DNA of 32,000 bases from Candidatus Omnitrophota bacterium (lineage in GTDB: Bacteria > Omnitrophota > Gorgyraeia > Zapsychrales > JANLHA01). Positions 8,270 to 16,839 of the stretch are shown piece by piece. The notes under the pieces were generated by a model. It was not told the DNA's origin, searched no databases, and was given only the letters and a program-made list of their open reading frames with translations. The position numbers and the translations under genes are program-made. Within the stretch, counting starts at the first letter, position 1; each line of letters begins with the position of its first letter. Where the stretch lies: the NCBI GenBank assembly GCA_963662715.1, contig OY759724.1:1710001-1742000 (forward strand), written 5' to 3'.

Positions 8270-9273
8270 GTGAATTACGCCGTGATCCTATTATCGGCCG
8301 GTGGGCGATCGTTGCGGATAAAGAAGAATCCTGGGGACCGGATAATTACGATAAGGAAGTTCACGAACGTAAACATAAGGCCATCTGTCAGTTTTGTCCC
8401 GGCCGGGAGAAACAAACACCTCCGGAAGTTGACGCCATCCGGCCGCAGGGATCGGCTCCGAATAAACCGGATTGGATAGCGCGGGCCGTCTCCAATAAAT
8501 TTCCTGCTTTGCGTATTGAAGGTAATTTGGACAAACGTGCGGACGGTATTTATGATGTGTCTAACGGTGTGGGGGCGCATGAAGTTCTTATTGAAACGCC
8601 GGATCATGACCGGGATTTGGCGGATTTGTCCGTCGATGAGATTGTGAATGTTATCCGTCTGGCCCAAAGCCGGTCTATAAGTCTTGCCAAAGACCGGAGA
8701 TTCAAGTATATTATGCTCTTCAAGAATTACGGGCAGTCCGCAGGAACGTCCATTGAGCATGCCCACAGTCAAATTATTGCTTTGCCCCTGGTGCCCCGTT
8801 ATGTCCTGGAGGAGCTGGAAGGTTCTTTGAACTATTTTAAATTCCGGGGTCGCTGCATCTATTGTGATATTATTGCCCAGGAACAGCAGGAGCAGGAAAG
8901 AATCATTTTGGATAACGAGGCGTTTATTTCTTTCTGTCCCTATGTCCCGAGATATCCTTTCGAGTGCTGGATCCTGCCGAAAGAACATTCCTCGGATTTT
9001 TGCTATCTGTCGGATCATGACCGCCATCAACTGGCGTTGACCTTGCAGGACGTGTTAAAGCGGATAAAAACGACTTTAAAAGATCCGTCTTATAATTTTT
9101 ATTTGCATGTTCCCCCGGTCAATTACAAGGAGTCACAGAGTTACCACTGGCATATTGAAATTGTTCCGCAGTTAAGCCGGGTCGCAGGTTTTGAATGGGG
9201 GACGGGGTTTTATATCGTCCGTACGGAACCCGGGGTCGCGGCTGAAACACTACGCAATTATTCTCCGGAATAG
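8266..9273 (+). CDS. galT: Galactose-1-phosphate uridylyltransferase-like / ADP-glucose phosphorylase-like HIT enzyme, paralogue 2 (intact HxHxQ)
   Basis: The protein has RDPIIGRWAIV, a CQFC zinc motif, GAHEVLIETPDH, an intact EHAHSQ (H165/H167; codons 8758-8766), and YHWHIEIVPQLSRVAGFE. ATG 8266 overlaps the TGA of the upstream gene (ATGA at 8266-8269) and follows GGGAGGTAGAG. I rejected the longer 8212 start in the ORF track. Confidence 0.85.
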   Translation: MSELRRDPIIGRWAIVADKEESWGPDNYDKEVHERKHKAICQFCPGREKQTPPEVDAIRPQGSAPNKPDWIARAVSNKFPALRIEGNLDKRADGIYDVSNGVGAHEVLIETPDHDRDLADLSVDEIVNVIRLAQSRSISLAKDRRFKYIMLFKNYGQSAGTSIEHAHSQIIALPLVPRYVLEELEGSLNYFKFRGRCIYCDIIAQEQQEQERIILDNEAFISFCPYVPRYPFECWILPKEHSSDFCYLSDHDRHQLALTLQDVLKRIKTTLKDPSYNFYLHVPPVNYKESQSYHWHIEIVPQLSRVAGFEWGTGFYIVRTEPGVAAETLRNYSPE

Positions 9274-9317
9274 GTCTTTGAGGTAAAACAAGAGAAAAAA
9301 ATGAGTATAATTATTAA

Positions 9318-10334
<1,017 letters not shown>

Positions 10335-10367
10335 GATTTAAGTCTGATCATTAGGTGTTTTATTGAA

Positions 10368-10393
10368 GGGGCGGATGATTCCGCCCCTTTTTT
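10368..10393 (+). terminator. Rho-independent terminator after gap
   Basis: GGGGCGG (10368-10374), loop ATGATT and CCGCCCC (10381-10387) are followed directly by TTTTTT (10388-10393). Confidence 0.8.
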
Positions 10394-10435
10394 ATGGGTT
10401 TTTAAAAAGTCATCATCATTGACGCATATTTTTTC

Positions 10436-10464
10436 TTGTCAATCTTTCTCCCTGCCGGTAGAAT
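10436..10464 (+). promoter_or_regulatory. Candidate sigma70-type promoter (TTGTCA - 17 nt - TAGAAT)
   Basis: TTGTCA lies at 10436-10441 and TAGAAT at 10459-10464 with a 17-nt spacer. The site sits between the gap terminator and the DHp gene. Sequence match only. Confidence 0.3.
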
Positions 10465-10524
10465 AAAATCGCTTTAAAGATTGTTGTTAAGTTTTACCAT
10501 GTTGGGGAAACACCTGCGTAGAAC

Positions 10525-10866
10525 ATGTTATTCGAGGAAATGGACGTTATTATGGGAACCCCGGAACATTTTGAAAATGAAAACAGGCGGTTAAAGCAGC
10601 TGGTGGCGGATTTAAAGGAGGAAATTGAAAGACAGCAAGAGGACCTAGAAAAAGTTGACCGGTTAAAGGGGGAGTTTGTCGACATGGCGGCTCACGATTT
10701 GCGAACGCCGGTCACGGTTATCAAGGAAAGTCTGGCTCAACTGCAGGACAGATTGTTCGGCGATTTGAACCCGGGGCAGGAGCATTTGCTTGAACTGGCT
10801 TTGCTGAATACCGAAAGGCTTGCGGATTGTATCAATCAATATATCTCATCGGCAAAGGAAAGATGA
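10525..10866 (+). CDS. Stand-alone HisKA (DHp) domain protein; no HATPase_c catalytic domain
   Basis: An N-terminal coiled coil is followed by a canonical H-box, RLKGEFVDMAAHDLRTPVTVI (His57; CAC at 10693-10695), and a second DHp helix (LLELALLNTERLADCINQYI). The ORF stops after 113 aa and the next gene begins 45 nt later, which leaves no room for an ATP-binding domain. The start codon (10525 versus the nearby in-frame ATGs) is uncertain. Confidence 0.7.
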   Translation: MLFEEMDVIMGTPEHFENENRRLKQLVADLKEEIERQQEDLEKVDRLKGEFVDMAAHDLRTPVTVIKESLAQLQDRLFGDLNPGQEHLLELALLNTERLADCINQYISSAKER

Positions 10867-10911
10867 ACGGGTCTTGTTGGGGAGGGAGAAAACAAAAAGG
10901 GGGAAAGGAAA

Positions 10912-11274
10912 ATGGCACATAAACTATTGCTGATTGATGATGAGTCTGATATATTAAAAATTCTTAAACTGCGATTGGAAGCCAATGATTATGCTGTCAT
11001 CACGGCGGAGGACGGGGAGGCCGGGATGCAGGCTCTGCAGGCTGAGCGCCCGGACCTGGTCGTTTTGGATGTGATGATGCCCAGGATGGACGGATTTACG
11101 TTTGTCTCTGAACTCAAAAAGATGCAGGAGTTCCGGCATATTCCCGTCATCATGTTGACGGCAAAAGAAATGATGGCTGATTTGTTGCGTCTGGAAGGGG
11201 TCAGCGATTACATCATTAAACCGTTTCAGGCGGAGCAGGTCTTAGCGGCGATTAAGAAAAATTTGCCGGAATAA
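10912..11274 (+). CDS. Single-domain response regulator (CheY-like receiver)
   Basis: The protein has LLLIDDESD, PDLVVLDVMMPRMDG (phospho-acceptor Asp), PVIMLTAK, and IIKPF. It is 120 aa with no output domain. The SD is GGGGGAAAGGAAA. Confidence 0.9.
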   Translation: MAHKLLLIDDESDILKILKLRLEANDYAVITAEDGEAGMQALQAERPDLVVLDVMMPRMDGFTFVSELKKMQEFRHIPVIMLTAKEMMADLLRLEGVSDYIIKPFQAEQVLAAIKKNLPE

Positions 11275-11375
11275 GCAACCCGGAATACGAGCCCCCGGCT
11301 CTTTTATCCCCGGAATGGCGGACGGGAACCCCATTTAATATTACTTTAAATTCAGATAAATTAAGGAGAGAATGG

Positions 11376-11903
11376 ATGAGTCAGCAGCCGGCCAAAACGA
11401 CGAGCCCTTATACCGTTGTCAAATTTTCCAAGATACACAATAAAGGGGTTTATGCTAAAAAATTTATCCCTGCGGAGACCAGAATCATTGAATATGTCGG
11501 GGAGCGGATCACGAAAGCCGAATCGCAACGCCGGGCCGATATCCCCCTGGAGAAGCATAAAAGAAATAAAAAGCACGGAGCGGTATATATCTTTGAGCTG
11601 AACAAAAGACATGATATTGACGGGAATGTCCCTTATAACACGGCCCGTTTTATCAATCATTCCTGCGACCCCAATTGTGAGACAGAAATCGCCCGTGGCC
11701 ATATTTGGATTACCTCTTTCAAGGATATTCAGCCCGGAGAGGAAATAACATATAATTATGGGTATGATTATGATGATTATGAGGAGCATTTATGCAACTG
11801 CGGCACGAAACGCTGTGTCGGTTTTATCCTGGATGAAAAACATTGGCCTAAATTAAAAAGGAAATTGCGCCGTCAGAAACAGGCTTTGGCCGGCGTGACT
11901 TGA
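11376..11903 (+). CDS. SET-domain protein lysine methyltransferase-like protein
   Basis: The protein has KGVYAKKFIPAETRIIEYVGE, the RFINHSCDPNC motif, EEITYNYGYDY, and a post-SET CNCGTKRC cysteine cluster. The SD AAGGAGAG lies 5 nt upstream of the ATG. Confidence 0.9.
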   Translation: MSQQPAKTTSPYTVVKFSKIHNKGVYAKKFIPAETRIIEYVGERITKAESQRRADIPLEKHKRNKKHGAVYIFELNKRHDIDGNVPYNTARFINHSCDPNCETEIARGHIWITSFKDIQPGEEITYNYGYDYDDYEEHLCNCGTKRCVGFILDEKHWPKLKRKLRRQKQALAGVT

Positions 11904-11926
11904 AAAAATCTCAATCCACGTGTTGA

Positions 11927-12451
11927 ATGCGAAAGCTGTCCCATCAAGAAATTGTTTCCCGCCAGCAGGAGCGGATGAAGGCGCCTCCGATTCCCCTAAC
12001 AGTTGTTTTGAATGATATCCGCAGCCTTTATAATGTCGGCACCATTTTCCGTACGGCTGACGGCGCGGGTGTGGAGAAAATCTGGCTTTGCGGCATTACC
12101 GGCTGCCCTCCGCAGTCCCAGATCAGCAAGATCGCTTTGGGGGCGGAGGACCGTATCCCCTGGGAATACCATTCCGACGTTTATTCGGTTGTGCAGCAGC
12201 TGAAAAAAGACGGTTATCAAATTGTGCTTTTGGAGCAAATGGATCAAAGCGAGGAGTATCACGCGTACCGGCCTGACGGTCCGGTGGCTTTGGTTGTCGG
12301 GAATGAAATAGCAGGGGTGGATGCGTCCTTGATTCAGCTCTGCGATGCCGCGATTGAAGTGCATATGGCGGGGATTAAGAATTCCCTGAACGTCGGGGTC
12401 GCTTTTGGGGTGGCGGCTTACCATATTTCTTCCAAACTGAAAAATAGTTGA
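11927..12451 (+). CDS. SpoU/TrmH-family RNA 2'-O-methyltransferase
   Basis: The protein has LNDIRSLYNVGTIFRTADGAG, LVVGNEIAGV, and IEVHMAGIKNSLNVGVAFGVAAY, the three SPOUT/TrmH motifs. Confidence 0.85.
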   Translation: MRKLSHQEIVSRQQERMKAPPIPLTVVLNDIRSLYNVGTIFRTADGAGVEKIWLCGITGCPPQSQISKIALGAEDRIPWEYHSDVYSVVQQLKKDGYQIVLLEQMDQSEEYHAYRPDGPVALVVGNEIAGVDASLIQLCDAAIEVHMAGIKNSLNVGVAFGVAAYHISSKLKNS

Positions 12452-12476
12452 CAAGTTAATTATTGTATTGTAAACT
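12448..12476 (+). promoter_or_regulatory. Candidate sigma70-type promoter for the MarR gene (TTGACA - 17 nt - TAAACT)
   Basis: TTGACA lies at 12448-12453, overlapping the end of the TrmH gene, and TAAACT at 12471-12476. The spacer contains AAGTTAA, a motif seen again downstream of the MarR gene at about 12986-12992. Confidence 0.4.
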
Positions 12477-12495
12477 TTCTGATAGGGGGGCGGTC

Positions 12496-12969
12496 GTGGA
12501 TTATTTAAAATCATTTGGAATAGACACAAACAAAAAAGCTTATCAGGAAGAGATTGTCTACAGTACGGCTTTGCTTTATAACCTGTTAAGCGGGGCTATA
12601 AGCGATTATTTGAGGCAATATCAATTAACAATAGGGAAGTTTAATGTGCTGATGACCCTGCGTCATCAGGCCGGCCCGGAAGGGATAAGGCAGGTTGAAA
12701 TGAGCAAGCACCTGATCGTAACGCCGGCCAATATGACCAAAATGGTGGATAAATTAGAGGAAGAAGGCCTGGCCATCCGCAGTGCCTTGCCGGGAGACAG
12801 GCGGGTCAATATTATCCGGATTACTTCAAAAGGATCAGAATTGCTGGATGATTTGTGGCCGGGATTTGTAGAAACTTTACAGAAGTTAACAAAGGCTTTG
12901 TCCGGGCAGGAGCAGGAAAGGTTGGCCAAGACTTTTCGTAAATGGATTTCAGTGCTGGAGCCGAAATAA
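12496..12969 (+). CDS. MarR-family transcriptional regulator
   Basis: The winged-HTH segment is FNVLMTLRHQAGPEGIRQVEMSKHLIVTPANMTKMVDKLEEEGLAIRSALPGDRRVNIIRITSKG. I favour GTG 12496 (GGGGGG SD at 12485-12490, downstream of the predicted -10) over the TTG at 12463. The start is uncertain. Confidence 0.8.
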   Translation: MDYLKSFGIDTNKKAYQEEIVYSTALLYNLLSGAISDYLRQYQLTIGKFNVLMTLRHQAGPEGIRQVEMSKHLIVTPANMTKMVDKLEEEGLAIRSALPGDRRVNIIRITSKGSELLDDLWPGFVETLQKLTKALSGQEQERLAKTFRKWISVLEPK

Positions 12970-13142
12970 AAAATTTTTTTGTCAAAAGTTAACCGATTGA
13001 ATATGTACTGGTAATCTGATATGACGCAAAAAACATGTGAAAATATGATCATTGCCGGCACTCCATATTTATCAGGGAGGAGAGACGATTGCGGCATAAA
13101 AAAGAATAACAGGAAAAAAGCCAATATATTTCAACGATTTGT

Positions 13143-13170
13143 TTTGATGCGGAAGAGATCCCGGTATAAT
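13143..13170 (+). promoter_or_regulatory. Candidate promoter for the LplT-PlsC-Aas operon (TTTGAT/TTGATG - 15-16 nt - TATAAT)
   Basis: TATAAT lies at 13165-13170. The -35-like TTGATG is at 13144-13149. The spacer contains GATCCCGG, one copy of a motif repeated in the downstream leader. Confidence 0.3.
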
Positions 13171-13327
13171 AACTTGGCTGGCCTTAAGGCGTTTTGTCCG
13201 GCATCCCAGAAAACAAGCCGGAAAATCATGCCGGTCCCGGGGCACAATCAAACGGTATCCCGGTCAAGGAGAAGCAACTCAGGTGTCTGTGTCTTTTCCC
13301 CGGGATACAAAAATAAGGGAGGCGACC

Positions 13328-16300
13328 ATGATTAAACAAGGATATAGGAAAAGCGGGTTTTACGCACTGATTATCACGCAATTCTTAGGTGCTTTTAATG
13401 ACAATGCCTTTAAACTGGTGATCGCCTTTATTGCTGTCGATCAATTCGTTCAGCAGCAAAGCGGAGCCCTTTACTTATCCCTCTCCGGAATGGTCTTTGT
13501 TCTGCCCTTTTTGCTGTTTTCCACCTTTGCCGGCTATCTGGCCGACCGGTTCAGTAAACAGCATGTCATTATCGCGACAAAAATCCTGGAACTTTTTATT
13601 ATGCTGCTAGGGTTCTGGGCCCTTTTAAGCGGCGGGTTCTTGGGCTTATTAACCGTGCTGTTTTTTATGGGCCTGCAGAGCGCTTTGTTCAGCCCTTCCA
13701 AATATGGCATTCTTCCGGAAATATTAAAAGATGAGAAACTTTCCGAAGGGAACGGTCTTATTCAGCTCTGGACCTACGCCGCTATTATCCTTGGACAAGC
13801 CGGCGGCGGTTATCTGATTCACATAACACAGCCTCACGTCTACAAAGCGGCGTATGCTTTTATAGCCTGTTCTGTCTTAGGCCTTATCGGCAGCTTCTTT
13901 GTCTGCCGTGTCCCGGCCTCTGGCACGCAAAGGTCTTTTGAGAGGAATGTTTATAAAGAAATGATCACCAATATTAAACTCGTGAGAACGTACCAGCCGA
14001 TATTCCTCTCGATCCTGGGGTTGTTGTTTTTCGGTTTTCTCAGTTCCCTGTTCCATCTGAATATCCTGCTTTATGCCCGCAAGATTATGGGGATCGGCCA
14101 TATGGATACAAGCATTTTGCTGATCGTTCTGGCCGTGGGTATAGGCGGCGGCAGCATGCTGGCCGGAAAATTGTCTGACCGGAAAATAGAGCTTGGGCTT
14201 GTGCCTTTCGGATCGATCGGGTTGGTCGTTTTTTCCATTATGCTGGGATTTGTTCATCATTCTTATCTTCTGGTTGCCGTGACGTTATTTCTTTTGGGCT
14301 TGTCCAGCGGTTTCTATATCATCCCTTTAAACACTTTGATCCAGCGGGAAAGCCCGGTTGACCGCCGCGGGCAGTTTCTGGCAACAAACAATTTCCTGTC
14401 ATTCTCGGCGATACTGGCCGGCTCGTTTGCCGTTTATCTGTTCCGTGATCTTCTGCATTTTAATGCCGCGGATATTTTTGTCGTTGCCGGACTCATTACA
14501 GCCTGCGGGGCCGTTTATATCTGCTGGCTGCTTCCTTACGCTCTGGTCCGTTTTGTTATTTTGATATTGACGCACACGCTTTACCGGATACGTGTTATTC
14601 ACAGAGAGAACGTCCCGGAACAGGGCGGGGCCCTGCTTGTCAGCAATCATGTGTCCCTGGTTGACGCTTTAGTCATCCTTGTTTCGATTCAGCGGCCGGT
14701 CCGTTTTTTGATCGGCCGGGCCTGTTATAAAACGAAATGGGTAAATCCTTTTTTCCGCCTGGCGAAAGGCATTCCCATCTCCAGCGATGACGGGCCGAAA
14801 GAGCAGCTGAAATCCTTGCGGATTGCCAGGGACGCCGTAAAAAACGGGGAACTGGTGTGCATTTTTGCCGAGGGACAATTAACCCGCACCGGGAATATCT
14901 TGAAATTCAACAAGGGGCTGGAATATATCATGCAGGGTATGGACTGCCCGGTCGTCCCGGTGCATCTGGACAGGATTTGGGGAAGCATTTTCAGCTTTGA
15001 AGGGGGAAGGTATTATTATAAGATTCCCAAGATTATCCCTTACCCGCTCACAATCACTTTCGGGGAGCCGATGCCCGCCCGTTCATCGGCTTTTGCGATA
15101 CGGAACCGTGTTAAGGAATTGGGGGCAGAGGCATTCTCTTACCGTCTTGAGGAGCGTTGGACACTCGCGGAAGCGTTTTGGCGTGAGGCGCGCTATCATC
15201 CTCAGCAGCTTTGCATGGGAGACTCCTCCGGGAGGAAAATGACTTACGGCCAGACACTTGTTGCGGCCGTAGCCCTGGCCGACAGGCTGAAAGAACTCCT
15301 GGCGCAGGAACGTTTCGTCGGGGTGCTTATCCCGCCGTCCGTGGGGGGCGCTTTAACAAACATTGCGCTTTCCATGTTAAGGAAAGTCCCGGTCAACATG
15401 AACTACACCTCTTCTCCGGAGGCCCTGCGTTCCATGTCGGAGCAGTGCGGGATGAAATGTATTATTGCATCAAAAAAACTCCTGGAGAAGACCGGGCTGG
15501 AACCCCCGGGACAGACGGTTTTCATTGAAGATGTTTTTGCTTCGATTCGTTTGAAGCATAAAATACAGGCGGCGTTTAAGTCCATCATTTATCCGCATTG
15601 GATATCCTTCGGGCTTACCTTCGGGCGGAGGACATCCCGCTCTATAGATGACCTGGCCACGGTGATGTTCACCAGCGGCAGCACCGGGGAACCCAAGGGC
15701 GTTATGCTGTCGCATGCCAATGTGACAAGCAATCTGGAAGGATTGTACCAGGTTTTTAATGTCAACAGCCGCGACGTGGTTTTGGGCGTCCTGCCTTTTT
15801 TCCATTCTTTTGGCTTCACGGCGACACTCTGGTTCCCGCTTATCAGCGGTATGAGTGTCGTTTTTCACAGCAACCCTTTAGACGCCAAGATGGTGGGCCG
15901 TCTCGCAGAAAAGCACCGGGCCACGATATTGATGAGCACCCCGACGTTTCTCAACACGTATGTCCGGCGTTGTGAGCCGGAAGCCTTCTCAACTTTAAGG
16001 CTTGTTGTTGTGGGGGCCGAGAAGCTAAAGGCGAGTATTGCCGAAGCTTTTTCAGACAAGTTCCGTATAGACGCCATGGAGGGGTACGGCTGCACTGAAT
16101 TGTCCCCGGTCGTCTCTTTAAATCTTCCCGACTACCGCGACAAGGGGCCGGTTCAGAAGGCTCATAAACCCGGAACGATCGGCATGCCTCTTCCGGGGGT
16201 GGCCGTGAAAATTGTTGACCAGGATACCGGACAGCCCAAAGGGCCTGATGAGGAGGGCCTTTTGCTGGTCAAGGGGGCGAATATTATGAAAGGTTACTTG

Positions 16301-16735
16301 AACCGGCCCGAGAAAACGGCGGAAGTTGTGCAGGACGGGTGGTACGTAACCGGGGATATCGCCAGACTGGATGAAGACGGTTTTATCACGATTACTGACC
16401 GTCTGAGCCGTTTCAGCAAGATTGGCGGGGAGATGGTCCCTCATATTAAAATAGAAGAGCATCTTCACAAAATACTGGATTCAGAGGAGCCGGTGTGTGT
16501 CGTGACAGCCGTGCCGGATAAGAAGAAAGGGGAACGGCTCATTGTTTTGCACAAGAAGCCGTTCAATGTTGAAACGGTGCTGGAACAACTGCAGACAACT
16601 GATCTTCCGAAACTTTGGATACCCGATAGAGAGGCCTTCTTCCCTCTGGAAGAGTTCCCGTTGTTGGGATCAGGGAAATTGGATATCGGGGCTGTTAAAC
16701 GTACGGCTTTGGCTTTGGCCGGAGAAACGGTTTGA
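13328..16735 (+). CDS. Triple fusion: MFS lysophospholipid transporter (LplT-like) + PlsC-type acyltransferase + AMP-binding acyl-ACP/CoA synthetase (Aas-like); acyl-[ACP]--phospholipid O-acyltransferase type
   Basis: - N-terminus: MIKQGYRKSGFYALIITQFLGAFNDNAFK plus ~12 hydrophobic segments (MFS/LplT).
- Acyltransferase: NHVSLVD motif (HX4D; CAT at 14648) and IFAEGQLTRTG.
- Adenylation: MFTSGSTGEPKGV, GYGCTE, YVTGDIARLDEDGF, and SGKLD.

I chose ATG 13328 because it has a strong SD (AAGGGAGG). I rejected the 13283 start in the ORF track. Confidence 0.9.
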   Translation: MIKQGYRKSGFYALIITQFLGAFNDNAFKLVIAFIAVDQFVQQQSGALYLSLSGMVFVLPFLLFSTFAGYLADRFSKQHVIIATKILELFIMLLGFWALLSGGFLGLLTVLFFMGLQSALFSPSKYGILPEILKDEKLSEGNGLIQLWTYAAIILGQAGGGYLIHITQPHVYKAAYAFIACSVLGLIGSFFVCRVPASGTQRSFERNVYKEMITNIKLVRTYQPIFLSILGLLFFGFLSSLFHLNILLYARKIMGIGHMDTSILLIVLAVGIGGGSMLAGKLSDRKIELGLVPFGSIGLVVFSIMLGFVHHSYLLVAVTLFLLGLSSGFYIIPLNTLIQRESPVDRRGQFLATNNFLSFSAILAGSFAVYLFRDLLHFNAADIFVVAGLITACGAVYICWLLPYALVRFVILILTHTLYRIRVIHRENVPEQGGALLVSNHVSLVDALVILVSIQRPVRFLIGRACYKTKWVNPFFRLAKGIPISSDDGPKEQLKSLRIARDAVKNGELVCIFAEGQLTRTGNILKFNKGLEYIMQGMDCPVVPVHLDRIWGSIFSFEGGRYYYKIPKIIPYPLTITFGEPMPARSSAFAIRNRVKELGAEAFSYRLEERWTLAEAFWREARYHPQQLCMGDSSGRKMTYGQTLVAAVALADRLKELLAQERFVGVLIPPSVGGALTNIALSMLRKVPVNMNYTSSPEALRSMSEQCGMKCIIASKKLLEKTGLEPPGQTVFIEDVFASIRLKHKIQAAFKSIIYPHWISFGLTFGRRTSRSIDDLATVMFTSGSTGEPKGVMLSHANVTSNLEGLYQVFNVNSRDVVLGVLPFFHSFGFTATLWFPLISGMSVVFHSNPLDAKMVGRLAEKHRATILMSTPTFLNTYVRRCEPEAFSTLRLVVVGAEKLKASIAEAFSDKFRIDAMEGYGCTELSPVVSLNLPDYRDKGPVQKAHKPGTIGMPLPGVAVKIVDQDTGQPKGPDEEGLLLVKGANIMKGYLNRPEKTAEVVQDGWYVTGDIARLDEDGFITITDRLSRFSKIGGEMVPHIKIEEHLHKILDSEEPVCVVTAVPDKKKGERLIVLHKKPFNVETVLEQLQTTDLPKLWIPDREAFFPLEEFPLLGSGKLDIGAVKRTALALAGETV

Positions 16736-16839
16736 GCGGACGGGAGGCGAGGCCGTGGAAGGCGCCGTGTTCCGGACGATCCCCGGTTTTAAGTCAGGAC
16801 GGAAAACGTCATCTAATACTCTGAGAGGCAGGAAAACAT

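Noticed and set aside
13021-13335. 104-aa + strand ORF filling the MarR / LplT-Aas intergenic region.
   Set aside because: It has no SD, and its basic, low-complexity translation has no motifs. It spans the predicted promoter and the structured leader, and it runs out of frame into the well-supported ATG 13328 start. It is more likely non-coding leader sequence.
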